From assembly GCF_964213995.1 (NCBI RefSeq), contig NC_135812.1, forward strand, positions 16,120,001 through 16,184,000: a stretch of DNA of 64,000 nt, given 5' to 3'. Position numbers and translations under genes: made by a program. Shown piece after piece: positions 38,831 to 51,360 of this stretch (positions within the stretch are counted from its first letter, which is position 1; each line of letters begins with the position of its first letter). The DNA is from Mustelus asterias. Lineage: Eukaryota. The notes beneath the pieces were generated by a model. It saw only the letters and a program-made list of their open reading frames with translations. It did no database searches and was not told the origin of the DNA.

Positions 38831-39705
38831 GTGAACACCCTCGCTGATTCGCACATTTTGAAGATTGCCAGAAGCGGACGTTTTGGAGACGTTTGCCTGT
38901 GGATTTGGTTAGTGCAGTCATATGACCATTTAGGACAACTCTTGACATCCTGACCAGTTGACTGTCAACAGCTAATCAATGAACATTACACTAACCCGAC
39001 AGTGTTGTTTAAAAAACAAAGGTAATTATAGGCCAGGGGCATCAATCAGCTGCGCAAGTGTGAAGTGCTTTTGTGGGGTGCACTTGAGCAGAGAGTGCTG
39101 TTATTAGTATGCACTTAATAGAGTGGGCTTCAATAGAAATTCATCTGAAGGGGCTGGGGTGGCGGGGTGGGGGGTGGTGGATTGTGAAGTTAAATAATAA
39201 AGCGTTTAACAGCTATATAGAAAAGCTTAAATTGGTGCGAGAGCGCGGAATTGGATTTAATTGTCTATCCGCACACTTGTCACATTGTTTGTAGTGCCAC
39301 ACTGGATACAGTCATTGACAATTTAGCAGCGTTTGGCTTCCAATTTGGATTTAAACGGCGGCAAAGTTTGCAGATATGGGAATCGTCTCCCATCGTCCAC
39401 CTAAACCCCAACTGAATAAATATTGAACGTGGGAGAATTTAGTCATTAGCTGCAGATTATTGCTCAGTAAACCTCAGTGATTGCACTGAAGGAGTAGTGA
39501 TCAGGATTTAGACACTATTAAGACAGTAACACACCGGAGTATCATGACATAAAAGAGCTTGAAAGCTATATAGGATGAACACGCATATGCCGGAACTTTA
39601 CCGTCCTGCCTGCTATGGTATTCGGAGCGGGTGAGGGATGGACCGTAGATGACCTCGGGCGGGATTTTACGGTTTTGGGATGAGCGAGGCTGTAATATCC
39701 CGCCC

Positions 39706-40008
39706 ATAGTCTTTTTCCCAGGGAAGGGGAATTGAAAACTAGAGGGCATAGGTTTAAGGTGAGAGGGGAAAGATTTAAAAGGGACCTGAGGCGCAACTTC
39801 TTCACACAGAGGAATGAGCTGCCAGAGAAAGTGGTTGAGGCCGGTATAATAGCAGCATTTAAAAAGCATTAGGATAAGTACATGGACGGGAAAGGATTCG
39901 AGGGATATGGGCCAAACACAGGCAATTGGGACTAGCTGGGAGGGCACCATGGTCGGCATGGGCCAGTTGGGCCGAAGGGCCTGTTTCCGTGTTGTATTGT
40001 TCTATGAC
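39706..40008 (+). mobile_element. CR1 LINE 3' end
   Basis: actagagggcataggtttaagg...gggccgaagggcctgtttcc...ttctatga. Confidence 0.8.
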
Positions 40009-40921
40009 GATCAAATCCTCTGTGCGTACATAACATTTGTTTACATCGTAGAATAACCTTTTCCAAATGTAATATATATATTTAAAGAATGAATTATTGC
40101 AAAGCAATGGGGGGAAAAAGCACGGGGGTGGGATTAATTGGATAGGTCTTTCCGAGTAGCCTCTCACTCGATGGGCCGAATAGTCATCTTTGGAATGATG
40201 CTGCTATCCGAGCACTTGTGTCATCTTCGGGATTGGACAGCTGTTAGGGATCGACAGCAATGAATTGGGTTTATGTAGAACCTTTAATATAAAACATCTC
40301 AAAGTGCTTCCCAGGAGCATTATAAAACAAATTATGCTAGTGGGCCACATAAGACGTTGGCTCTGATGATCAAACGCTTGGCTTCGTGTGTGCTGGCTTG
40401 GCGTGCAATGCATTCTGGGTGTTGGCTGTGGAACAGAGATAATGGAAATCAATCACAAGATAGTCCCCAGGATGGATCACACTGTCTGATCGTTTCCCTC
40501 CAATTTCCTTCTCTCCTGCCCTGAAGGTGCTGACTTGCTGTGTGTGTGTTTTAGTTGGAAACACAATCTCGTTTTATTCCTTCTTGAAATTTTCTGCACT
40601 TCTCCTAATTTTCTCCTTTCATCTCGAAGACACTACTCCACTGTCGGCGTGCACCTCCCATGCTCTGGGGGGCTTCTGCCACCGCCGCTGTGTCAAACTC
40701 TGGGTAAACTGACAAGGCCGAGAGATGGTGTGGGGGTTGGAGGGCATGAGGAGAGAGAGAGAGAGAGAAAGGGAGGGCTAATTTTAGAGCAGGCCTGATC
40801 AACCGTGCCACCCATAGTGAGCATTATCCTGGGTCTCTGGATTACTAGTCCAGTGACAATACCCCACACCATCGCCTCCCCATAGCTGTTGGTGTTTTGT
40901 CACTATAACAATATAACAAGC

Positions 40922-41803
40922 GGGGCGGCACGGTGGCAAAGTGGTTAGCACTGCAGCCTCACAAGCACCAAGGACACGAGTTCGATTCCCGGCTTGGGTC
41001 ACTGTCTGTGTGGAGTGTGCGCATTCTCCCCGTGTCTGCCTGGGTTTCCTCTGGGTGCTCCGGTTTCCTCCCACAGTCCAAAGATGTGCAGATTAGGTTG
41101 ATTGGCCATGCTAATTTGCTCCTTAGTGTCAGGGGGATTGGTAGGGTAAATATGTGGGGTTACGGGGATAGGGCCTGGGTGGGATTGTTGGCCGAATGGC
41201 CTCCTTCTGCACTGCAGGGATTTTATGATATAATTAACTGCTTTCACAAAATGAAGCCACGCGGGATGCTGGAACTCCGGTCACTGCTCGCCGACAGTTA
41301 AAGCAACACCTCTTTTTCCCCCCTCTCTCCATGTGTTTCAGTTTCCCGAGGGTCTTCTCCACTGAGGGCACCAATCCAAGCAAGTTGCCTGAATGTCACC
41401 AAAAAAGGACTGGTGTCCAAGTTGACTTGTGCCATTTGGGAAATTAAGGGTCAATAGTTTTTTTTCTAATGGCTTTTTAAGAATCAGAGAATCCCTACAG
41501 TGCAGAAGGTGGCCATTCGGCCCATCGAGCCTGTACTGATGACAATCCTACCCACACCCGATCCCCTTAACCGCATGTATTTACCCTACTAATCTCCCTG
41601 ATACTAAGGGACAATTTAGCGTGGCCAATCCATCTAACCCGCACATCTTTGGACTGTGGGAGGAAGCCGGAGCACCCGGAGGAAACCCACGTAGACACTG
41701 GGAGACCGCGCAGACTCTACACAGATAGTGACCCGAGGCCGGAATCGAACCCAGGTTTCTGGCGCTGTGAGGCAGCAGTGCTAACCACTGCCACCATGCT
41801 GCT
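40922..41803. mobile_element. Convergent HE1 pair (+ 40922-41228; - 41480-41803)
   Basis: Two near full-length copies in opposite orientation about 250 bp apart. Confidence 0.8.
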
Positions 41804-42049
41804 TAATCAGCTGTTGCATTACAGGGGTTTCCCTGCCAGGCTGAGACGCCCCCCCCCCCCCCCCGCCTTCACTTGCATACTATTCACACTGTGTTCAGTA
41901 AGGATCAGTTGAGTGCATGAAAAATGCCTCCTGCTAGGAGTTCCCCATCCTTTCCAGTTGACCTGACTGATTCCACACCGTAATCAATAAACTCAGCACA
42001 GATTGGAGACTTGATAAGCTACAGCCTTTGGGGGGGATAATACATTGTT

Positions 42050-42525
42050 GTGGGTTCCTCGAATGGCAGGATTGTCGTATGAGGAGAGAGTGGCTCGACC
42101 GGGCCTGTATTCACTGGAATTTAGAAGAACGAGAGGGGAAGCTGACTGAAATGTATAAAATTCTGACAGGGCTGGACAGGAGTGGGTGCAGGGACGCTGC
42201 TTTCTCTGGCTGGAGGGTCTGGAACAGGGGGTCAGAGTCTCATGATACGGAGTAGGCCATTCAGGACTGAGATAGGGAGAAACTTCTTCACTCTGAGGGT
42301 GGTGAACCTGTGGAATTCTCTACCACAGAAAGCTGTGGAGGTCGGATCACTGAATATATTAAAGAAGGAAATAGATAGATTTCTAGACTCCGGTGTCAAG
42401 GGGTATGGGGACAGCTTGGGAATATGGCGTTGAAACAGAGAATCAGCCACGATCATATTGAATGGCAGAGCAGGCTTGAAGGGCTGAATGGCCTACTCCT
42501 GTACCTATTTTCTGTGTTTCTGTAA
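42050..42525 (+). mobile_element. CR1 LINE 3' fragment
   Basis: RNFFTLRVVNLWNSLP motif and 3' UTR. Confidence 0.85.
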
Positions 42526-42929
42526 GGGGAGGTGAAGGGAAAGAGAGAAACTGCTTCTCTGTTTTTCCACCTCTTTATTCCTTCAAGCTGTAAGTGTTCA
42601 CAGCAGTTTACAAAGAAGATTTTTGCAGTTATTACATGCAGTTGCACGACAGATTCAAAGTTTTTCGCCAACCCAGTCGCAGAGAAGCGGCTGTTAAATG
42701 GATCTTTTCATTAATATAAAACAAATGTTGATCCACGTGCAGACATAAAAAAATTAATGATTCTTTTAATCCACATTTACTGAAATAGAATAAACAAAAC
42801 TTTTAAGAGGAAAAAGCAGTGGAAGTCTGTACCAGCCCTGCTGACATTTCAGGGAGTTTGCCTGGGGGAAGGTGTGATTACATTTGGAGTTCGCCTGATA
42901 AGCAAGAGTCAGCTGTCATCTTCCTTCAC

Positions 42930-43535
42930 GGCACGGTGGCACAGTGGTTAGCACTGCTGCCTCACAGCGCCAGGGACCTGGGTTCAATTCCTGGCTTGGG
43001 ACACTGTGCGGAGTCTGCACGTTCTCCCCATGTCTGCGTGGGTTTCTGCCGGGTTCTTTGGTTTCCTCCCACAGTCCGATGATGAGGGTTAGGTGGATTG
43101 GCCATGCTAAATTGTCTTCGTATCTCTCAAGATGTGTAGGTTTTGGGGATTAGTGGGTAAATATGTAGAGTTACCGGGATAGGGCCTGGGTAAGATGCAC
43201 TGATCGAGAGTTGGTGCAGACTCAATGGCCTCCTTCTGCACTGTAGGGATTCCACGCTAAAATTCTCCCTCAGTGTACCCGAACAGACGCCGGAGTGTGG
43301 CGAGTCGGGGATTTTCATAGTAACTTCATTGCAGTGTTAATGTGAGCTGCTTTGTTGATTTTGATTTGATTTATTATTGTCACATGTGTTGGGATACAGT
43401 GAAAAGTATTGTTTCTTGCGTGCTATACAGACAAAGCGTACGGTTAATAGAGAAGGAAAGGAGAGGGTGCAGAATATAGTGTTACAGTCAGGGTGGAGAG
43501 TAAGATAATATACTTGTGACACGAGTAAATAAACT
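42930..43535 (+). mobile_element. HE1 SINE followed by an alternative-tail fragment interrupted by Rex1 UTR (minus)
   Basis: HE1 42930-43252; alternative tail 43255-43345 and 43510-43535; Rex1 ~43353-43500. Confidence 0.75.
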
Positions 43536-43878
43536 TCCTATGATTTTGAATTGGTCTGATTACTAAGCAATTATAAAAGTGAGTGTTTCTTCTCTTTCCC
43601 GAACCCCATGGTGTGCTGAATTTCGAGTTAGGTTTGTGTACACTCCAAGAACATGAGTGTAATCTGCTGTGTAAAACGCGAGGGTGTGTATAAATACAGC
43701 ATTATGTTAAAACAGAGAACCTGCCTCTAAATGTCTCATTAGTGCTAATGGTAAAATTGCCAAGGAAACGCTTGGAGGGACCAGAGATCTCCCTCCCTCC
43801 CATATTGGTTACATATTAAATTATTACTATTGCACGCTGCCTGTGCATTTACCAGTTCTTCTCTCTCTTTTGTTTCAG

Positions 43879-43930
43879 TGAGGGCGTGTTCAAATGTCCT
43901 GAAGACCAGCTTCCACTTGACTACGCAAAG
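43879..43930 (+). CDS. TRAF4: TRAF4 coding exon 2 (52 nt; end of RING region)
   Basis: Pyrimidine tract + tttcAG acceptor, AAG|GTAAGT donor. Translates (S)EGVFKCPEDQLPLDYAK, matching the vertebrate TRAF4 sequence as I recall it. Confidence 0.96.
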
Positions 43931-44368
43931 GTAAGTGACCATCATAAATGCAAATTGCCCTTTTCCTCGCTGCAACTTTTACTTTTAGTTGCGCTAATTA
44001 GGCGGTCTGATTCACTGAGTGTAATTTGCTGTAATTCATCTGCGCGTTCTGCACAGCTCCCTGGTCTGCGAGGGCTGTTGTGTTACCTTGGGGGTCCTTT
44101 GCCTTTGTCATCCAGCTCTCCACAGCATTCAGCTGCTGCTCGGGTAATTGTTGTAATGAGCATGCCTTCGGGCCTCGCAATCATCTTTACCCTTTATTGT
44201 GCTGCTCACAAAGGACACTTTTTTTTTTACAGTCCTCTTCCTGGTTGGCTGTTTTGCTTTGTTGAATGAATTAAGCCGTCACGGTTTTTCTCCCATCTCT
44301 TCCCCACTCGAGTTTTCTCTGGTTCACCTTGTCTAAGTCCCTTTCGTGTGCTGCTAGAAGATGAGTAA

Positions 44369-44708
44369 ATCATAGAAACCCTACAGTACAGAAAGAGGCC
44401 ATTCGGCCCATCGAGTCTGCACCGACCACAATCCCACCCAGGCCGTATCCCCATATCCCTACAGATTTACCCGCTAATCCCTCTAACCTACACATCTCAG
44501 AACACTAAGGGCAATTTTTAGCATGGCCAATCAACCTAACCCGTACATCTTTGGACTGTGGGAGGAAACCGGAGCACCCGGAGGAAACCCACGCAGACAC
44601 GAGGAGAATGTGCAAACTCCACACAGACAGTGACCCAAGCCAGGAATCGAACCCAGGTCCCTGGAGCTGTGAAGCAGCAGTGCTAACCACTGTGCTACCG
44701 TGCTGCCC
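44369..44708 (-). mobile_element. HE1 SINE, young full-length copy
   Basis: Close to the reverse complement of 3083-3420; CpGs retained. Confidence 0.9.
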
Positions 44709-44754
44709 ATTAAAGCTTTTGCTGTGAGGCTGAATAGGCTTGACATCCCCTTTT

Positions 44755-45546
44755 CTATTTATTAGTGTCACAAGTCAGCTTACATTAACACTGCAATGAA
44801 GTTACTGTGAAAATCCCCTAGTCGCCACACTCCGGCGCCTGATTGGGTTCACTGAGGGGACATTTAGCATGGCCAATGCACCTAACCTTAGGGGCAGGCG
44901 ATGGCCTCGTGATATTATCGCTGGACTATTAATCCAGAAACTCAGCTAATTCTCTAAGGACCTGGGTTCGAATCCCACTACGGCAGATAGTGGAATTTGA
45001 ATTCAATAAAAATAAAAAAACAAAATCTGGAATTAAGAATCTACCGATGACCATGGAACCATTGTCAATTGTCGAAAAAACCCATCTGGTTCATTAATGT
45101 CCTTCAGGGAAGGAAATTTGCCATCCTTACCTGGTCTGGCCTACATGTGACTCCAGACCCACAGCGATGTGGTTGATTCTCAACTGCCTTCGAGCAACTA
45201 GGGATGGGCAATAAATGCTGGCCAGCCAGAGAAGCCGATGTCCCAAGAATGAATTTTTAAAAACCCAGCAAGTTTTAAGGCCTGTTCCTGTGCTGTAATT
45301 TTCTTTGGTAGGGGGTTTTAGTTCAGTCGGGCAGCATGGTCAGTGCAGGCTTGGAGGGCCGAAGGGTCTGTTCCTGTGCTGTAATTTTCTTTGTTCTTTC
45401 GGACTGTGGGAGGAAACTGGAGCACCCGGAGGAAACCCACAGGGAGAGCATGCAGACTCTGCACAGTCAGTGCCACAAGCCAGGAATCGAACTCGGGACC
45501 CTGGCACTGTGAGGCAGCAGTGCGAACCACTGTGCCACCGTGCCGC
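44755..45546 (-). mobile_element. Alternative-tail SINE with two nested insertions (family-B SINE 44892-45262 +; CR1 tail ~45279-45395 +)
   Basis: Host SINE reads through once the inserts are removed (cctaacc|cagca|tctttcggactg). Confidence 0.8.
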
Positions 45547-47032
45547 TCCAACCTTGCATGTATGCATTTACAAAAAGCGGTGGTCATTGAATAGCCGTTA
45601 AGAGCCAGTGCTTTCCCCCTCTCCACCCGGTTTCCCGATCCCCATTGTTCCACAACATCGAGGGCAATTAAGAGGACCCAACTTGGCACTGAGCAGGATT
45701 GAACCCTGGCATCTTCTGACCTGCGGAACCAACCGCACACATGACTGGTACAGTCACCCATTAGATTAAACCAGAAAACTCCGATGTTACTGCAACTCTT
45801 GTGTTTTATTGCTACTTTTGGGAGAACATGCCTTCCAATTTTTGGTGTTCTGTCTTGGCTGCTTGTGAGTTCCTTCATGTTACTGTGAGGGAGAGAAGGT
45901 GATGGCTGGGAGGAGCAAACGTCGTGAGAATAAAGACAGACTTGGGTGGGGGGGGGGCGGGGGTCAGAATATTGCCACTCTCCCAAGCTCCTCCAGGAAC
46001 TGCTCAAGGTGTAACCAAGAGCAGATACTCACCACAAAGTGCATGCCAGTTTAAAATATTTATCTGATAGCCATCATCTTTCCAAATTTCTGTGGAAGCA
46101 ATAATAAATCGAAATGGAGGAATTTTGACCAGAGATTTGGCCAATTTGACCAGAGATTGAGTGGGGCTAAAGAACAATTTACTTGAAAAGAATAGATTTT
46201 TTTCTTCACGTAATGTGACACATTTTTGTGTAGTTCTCAGCTATCCTGAAACATTCTATTAGCTCATGCGCAGTCGCAACACTTATTCAGGGTTTTATGC
46301 GTTGCCCCATAAATCCAGCTTGTTTACGAAATTTAAACAGTTGTTGTGACCAGGCTTTCAAACAATAATGCCCTTGATTATGGTCTCCCCCTGCCCTCCC
46401 CCCCCCCCCCCCCTTTTTTTTGTTTCATCAGCTGAGAGCTCACTAAATAGCATTTGACTTTTCAGCGAAAGAGCCCAGGCGCAACGTCTCTCTGAGCGAT
46501 TTGTCCATGAAGAGAAATGGGCATCTGTCTTGGCGGTTTTGCAAAGGATTGCAAACACTATTTATTCTGAACTCGCCACTTGCTCTCGTCCAGTGTTACG
46601 GTGCCAAAAGAAACCTCAATTGAAATCACTTCTTCATTCATTCAGTCAGTAGCTTGAAAAAGTAGCGCAGTAAATGTGGCTATTTGTCAGTAAGCGCTCG
46701 GATACACTTTGTGATATTGCTTCCCTTCATCCATCTGAAATCCCAAAGCCGGGAGAGGTGTGGGGGATGCATCTTGTTATTTTTTGCACAGTTTTATTGA
46801 TACAGATGGTTTTAATGGCCTCTTTCACCTCATCAATCTGCTGACATCAGAAGCAATTTCATTTCCGAAAACATTTGTTCCAGGAATAATTCTTATTGAA
46901 AATATTTTTAGATTGTAATCCTCGCCTGTGCAATTTTTAAAACTCTTGCCTCCCCCCCCACTGCTGTCCAAGCTGTAAATCTTTTGGCTTCCTCTCTCTT
47001 GTTTTAACTTTTCTGTTGGCTTTGAGGTAACG

Positions 47033-47335
47033 ATGTCACAGTGGTTAGCACTGCTGCCTCACAGTGCCAGGGACCCAGGTTCAATTCCGGCCTCAGGTCA
47101 TGGCCTGTGTGGAGTTTGCATGTTCCAGAGAACTGGAGTGTCTGTGTGGGTTTCCTCCGGGTGCTCTGGTTTCCTCCCACAAGTCCGAAAGATCTGCTGG
47201 TTAGATGCATTGGCCATGCTAAATTCTCCCTCGGTGTACCCGAACAGGCGCCGGAGTGTGGCGACTAGGGGATTTTCACAGTAACTTCATTGCAGTGTTA
47301 AAGTAAGCATACCTGTGACACAAATAAACTTAAAC
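47033..47335 (+). mobile_element. Alternative-tail HE1-like SINE
   Basis: Head plus tail ending tgtgacacaaataaacttaaac. Confidence 0.85.
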
Positions 47336-47676
47336 CTATGAGGAGAGAAACAGAGTTAATGTTTTGGATCTAAATGATCCTTCTGGGCATCACAACTGGA
47401 CTTAGTGGTCCTGGATTAAGGAGTGGGGGTTACAAAGGAATATAGCAACAAGAATTGGCAATTTAGTCACTCAAGCCTGCACTGTCATTTATAATGAGAT
47501 CCTGACCTCCATTTACCTGCCTTGGTTCCATATCACTTCATACTCTTGCCAACAAAGTCTTTTCAATCTTTGTTTTGAAGTTTTTAATTTGATCACCAGC
47601 ATCAATAGCCTTCCACCAGATTTCCCCTACCCAGAAACAGAAACCACGACTGTTACTTTCTCTCTAGCTTGTAGGC

Positions 47677-48290
47677 CAGTGATGGGCAACCTCGGCGAGT
47701 GAGGGGACCACATCAGTGGCCCTCCTTCATCCCAGTGGGTCACAAGATTGAAATCGGGCTCGTTCACCAATCATGATCCCACGAATAAGATTAAATACAT
47801 GTAACACACACTGAATATTTCATAACGAGTTATAGAAAATACTAATTTATTAATAGAACTATCAACTTCACATGGTAAAACCAAAATAAATATTTAATTT
47901 TTGATTGGATACAGAGGGAGCGGACGGCTCTCACACTCAATGTCAGCAATCAGCGCACATCTCACTTCACGTGTCCTTGCTTTATGTGCGTATCGCTTTA
48001 GTCAGGCGGTCCATCCAGCAACTAAATTGCCAACTCTTCTTTCTATGCATCCCTCACTCCTTACTCCCAAGAATATCAAGGCCAATTGTGATGTCCAGTC
48101 CTGATAACCGCTCAGAAGGATCATGGAGGGAAAAGGGAATAGTAGGGGGAAAGATCCTATGCAGACAGGAAACCAGCAGAATCTGGCAACCCTGCACATG
48201 GACAACAGTCAACAAAATGTCTTGTGGGCGACACTCAGGAATCTGATGGGCCACACATGTGTCCCCCAGGCTGCAGGTTGTCTACCACTG
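47677..48290. mobile_element. Non-autonomous hAT-type DNA transposon
   Basis: Imperfect TIR cagtgatgggcaacct / aggttgtctaccactg. TSD not preserved. Confidence 0.6.
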
Positions 48291-48545
48291 TGCAACCAAT
48301 CCTTTCACCCAGTTGCGATCATCCAGCACGTTTCTTGACACAAATCGGATGCCACCTTCCCACCTCCGTGACAAACTGTTCCATCTTCAATTTTTCTCTC
48401 TAAAGCTGAGAGATCGCCGGGATTCTACCGCCCTGCCTGCCACAGAATTGGAGCTGGGGAGGGGCGGACAACGGAAATGTCTGTTGACCTCGAGTGGGAT
48501 TTTCCGGCCTTGCTCGAGTGAGGCTGTAAAATCCCACCCGCTGTT

Positions 48546-48910
48546 GGGGAGGCGATGGCCTAGTGGCATTATCGCTGCACTCTTAATCCAGAAACACAGC
48601 TAATGTTCTGGGGACCTGGGTTCGAATCCCGCCTTGGCAGGTGGTGGAATTTGAATTCAATAAAAAAAATCTGGAATTAAGAATCTACTCACGACCAGGA
48701 AACCATTGACGATTGTCGGAAAAACCCATCTGGTTCACTAATGTCCTTTAGGGAAGGAAATCTGCTGTCCTTACCTGGTCTGGCCTACATGTTACTCCAG
48801 AGCCACAGCAATGTGATTGGCTCTCAACTGTCCTCCAAGGTCAACTAGGGATGGCCAATAAATGCTGACCAGCCAGCAACGCCCATGTCCCACGAATGAA
48901 TAAAAAAAAG
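48546..48910 (+). mobile_element. Family-B SINE, full length
   Basis: A and B boxes; ends cccacgaatgaataaaaaaa. Confidence 0.88.
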
Positions 48911-48997
48911 AATAATCTGTAATCGCATCATCTGAAAGTGGTCCAGTTCTGAGACCATCACAGCTGCTGTAGTAATCCTCGGCTGGTTTCAGAGAGG

Positions 48998-49292
48998 ATA
49001 AAGTTAAAATTTATTTATTAGTATCACAAGAAGGCTTACATTAACACTGCAATGAAGTTACTGTGAAAATCCCCTAGTCGCTACACTCCGGCGCCTGTTT
49101 GGGTACACTGAGGGAGAATTTAGCATGGCCAATGCACGTCTTTGGACTGTGGGAGGAAACCGGAGCACCCGGAGGAAACCCACGCAGACACGGGGAGAAT
49201 GTGAAAACTCCACATAGGTAGTGACCCAAGCCGGGAATTAAACCCGGGGTCCCTAGCGCTGTGAGGCAGCAGTGCTAACCCACTGTGCCACC
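48998..49292 (-). mobile_element. Alternative-tail HE1-like SINE
   Basis: Reverse complement of the 24856 copy. Confidence 0.85.
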
Positions 49293-49454
49293 AAGAATGA
49301 TTAGCAGGGTTCCCTAATCCACAGAGGGTACTGCTAAGGTATGTGGCCAGGACAGGGGGTGCATCCAGCTGTGCTGCCCTCTCTAAGTAGTCACTGCTGT
49401 GCTGGGAGCTGGTATCTGGCCTGGTGCCTGACTTGCAATGAGTGGGCTTTGGGT

Positions 49455-49547
49455 ATGGCTCCCGAGGGCTGGAGTTGCTCACGACACCGGCTAGGAGAGC
49501 ACGAGCTGCTGCCTAATGAAGTGCTGGAGGTGGGAGTGGCGAGGAGA
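49455..49547 (+). CDS. Candidate alternative first coding exon of TRAF4 (31 codons)
   Basis: ggtATGG start context, open frame MAPEGWSCSRHRLGEHELLPNEVLEVGVARR, ends phase 0 at AGA|GTAAGT, compatible with exon 3. No homology or transcript evidence. Confidence 0.3.
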
Positions 49548-50670
49548 GTAAGTAGGAACCACATTAATGCGCCTGACTGGCTGGGCTCTTGGGTACACAC
49601 AATTATCTTTGAAAGCTCCCACTGTGTCACTTTGCTCCCCCTGCTAGTGCTGTGTGCACTCTGTAACTCTGCACGATGAATAGGACGGCTTGTCATTCTG
49701 CTTTGTTTTTGCATCAAACGCATCCTTTTCCCCCGCACTTCCTTTCTGGCCCGGGATACATTTGTTCTTCCGTCCCTGGGGAGCAATAAGGTTTCTGTTT
49801 TGGGGGGAGGAGGCGGGGGGGGGGGGGGGGGGGGATGGTTTCCAATGTCGTTCAGCAGGGAAAAGCTGCAGCCAGTTTCAGTAAATGCTTTCGTGTTGCT
49901 TGGCTGAAGAAAGTGCTGCAACAGCAAACCTCCACCGGGGCCACAAATAGCTAGGAAATGAGGTAAAGGCGAACAGTCTGAGCGTGAGTGATGGGACTGT
50001 TCTTTCACATCAGATCTCTTGTGGAAAAAAAAAAGCTGCCTTTTGGTGCTTTTTTTCTCCCCCCACCAAGTCTTGACTCGCGTGAAACGGAAATCTGTCT
50101 GCTTATCCGCCCCGGTAGATGAGCTGCAAAATTGCTGAGTTTTTTTTCTCTTTTTGTTATTGCTGTGGCAGGGCCCAGCAGCCCCCGTGCTGTTGGCATG
50201 CACCTTAATTGGAAACCGTGCTGGGGCAAGATAATGATGAAAGGCTTCCAAGATGAAAAATGGCTTTGATCTCCGTTTTTGCCTTTTCCGAGCTTGCCTC
50301 TTGGTCTGCTGGGTATGGGGCATATCACTGCAGCAGCCCACCCTCCCTCCTCCCCCACAACCCCCCCCCCCCACACACATACGCACGCACACACACACCC
50401 CACCGCACCTAAAGGCTGCCTCATGGACCTCAACAGTGCTGTTCTAATTGTATCTTTCTTCAAGAAAAAAAATTGCATCTTTCGCAATGTCAGAATATCG
50501 CAACCAATTAAATATTTTTGATTTGATTTATTATTGTCACATGTATTAACATACAGTGAAAAGTTTCTTGCGCACTATACAGCCTTTGTAGCAGGGTCAT
50601 TTTTGTAATGTGTGGAAAAGGGCATGGCAGGTCACCTGCAAACGTAGGCACTTTAGTCCCTCCAATCTCA

Positions 50671-51360
50671 TGGGAGGCGGTGGCCTAGTGGTATTATCGC
50701 TAGACTATTAATCCAGAAGCTCAGCTAACGTTCTGGGGACCCGGGTTCCAATCCCGCCACGGCAGATGGTGGAATTTGAATTTGATTTAAAAATATCTGG
50801 AATTCAGGATCTACGGATGACTGTGAAATCGATTGTCGGAAAAACGCAACTGGTTCGCTAATGTCCTTTAGAATCTTAGAATCCCTACAGCACAGAAAGA
50901 GGCCATTCGGCCCATCGAGTCTGCACCGACCACAATCCCACCCAGGCCCTACCCCCACATATTTACCCACTAATCCCTCTAACCTACACATCCCAGGACA
51001 CTGGCCAAGCTAAAATTGCCCTTAATCAACCTAACCCGCACATCTTTGGACTGTGGGAGGAAACCGGGGCACCCGGAGGAAACCCACGCAGACACGAGGA
51101 GAATGGGCAAACTCCACACAGACAGTGACCGAAGCCGGGAATCGAACCCAGGTCCCTGGAGCTGTGAAGCAGCAGTGCTAACCACTGTGCTACCGTGCCG
51201 CCCTAAGAAGGAAATCTGCCATCCTTACCTGGTCTGGCCTACATGTGACTCCAGAGCCAAGACAATGTAGTTGACTCTCAACTGCCCTCGGGCAACTAGG
51301 GATGGGCAATAAATGTTGGCCCAGCCAGCAAAGCCCACATCCCGTGAACAAATAAAAAAA
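50671..51360 (+). mobile_element. Family-B SINE interrupted by HE1 (minus, 50868-51203)
   Basis: Host joins cctttag|gaaggaaatctg. Confidence 0.85.

Noticed and set aside
43886-44269. 127-aa ORF starting FKCPEDQLPLDYAK
   Set aside because: Only the part up to the GT donor at 43931 is TRAF4; the rest is intron read-through.
49391-50398. 335-aa minus-strand ORF
   Set aside because: Runs through microsatellite and homopolymer tracts; no recognisable domain.
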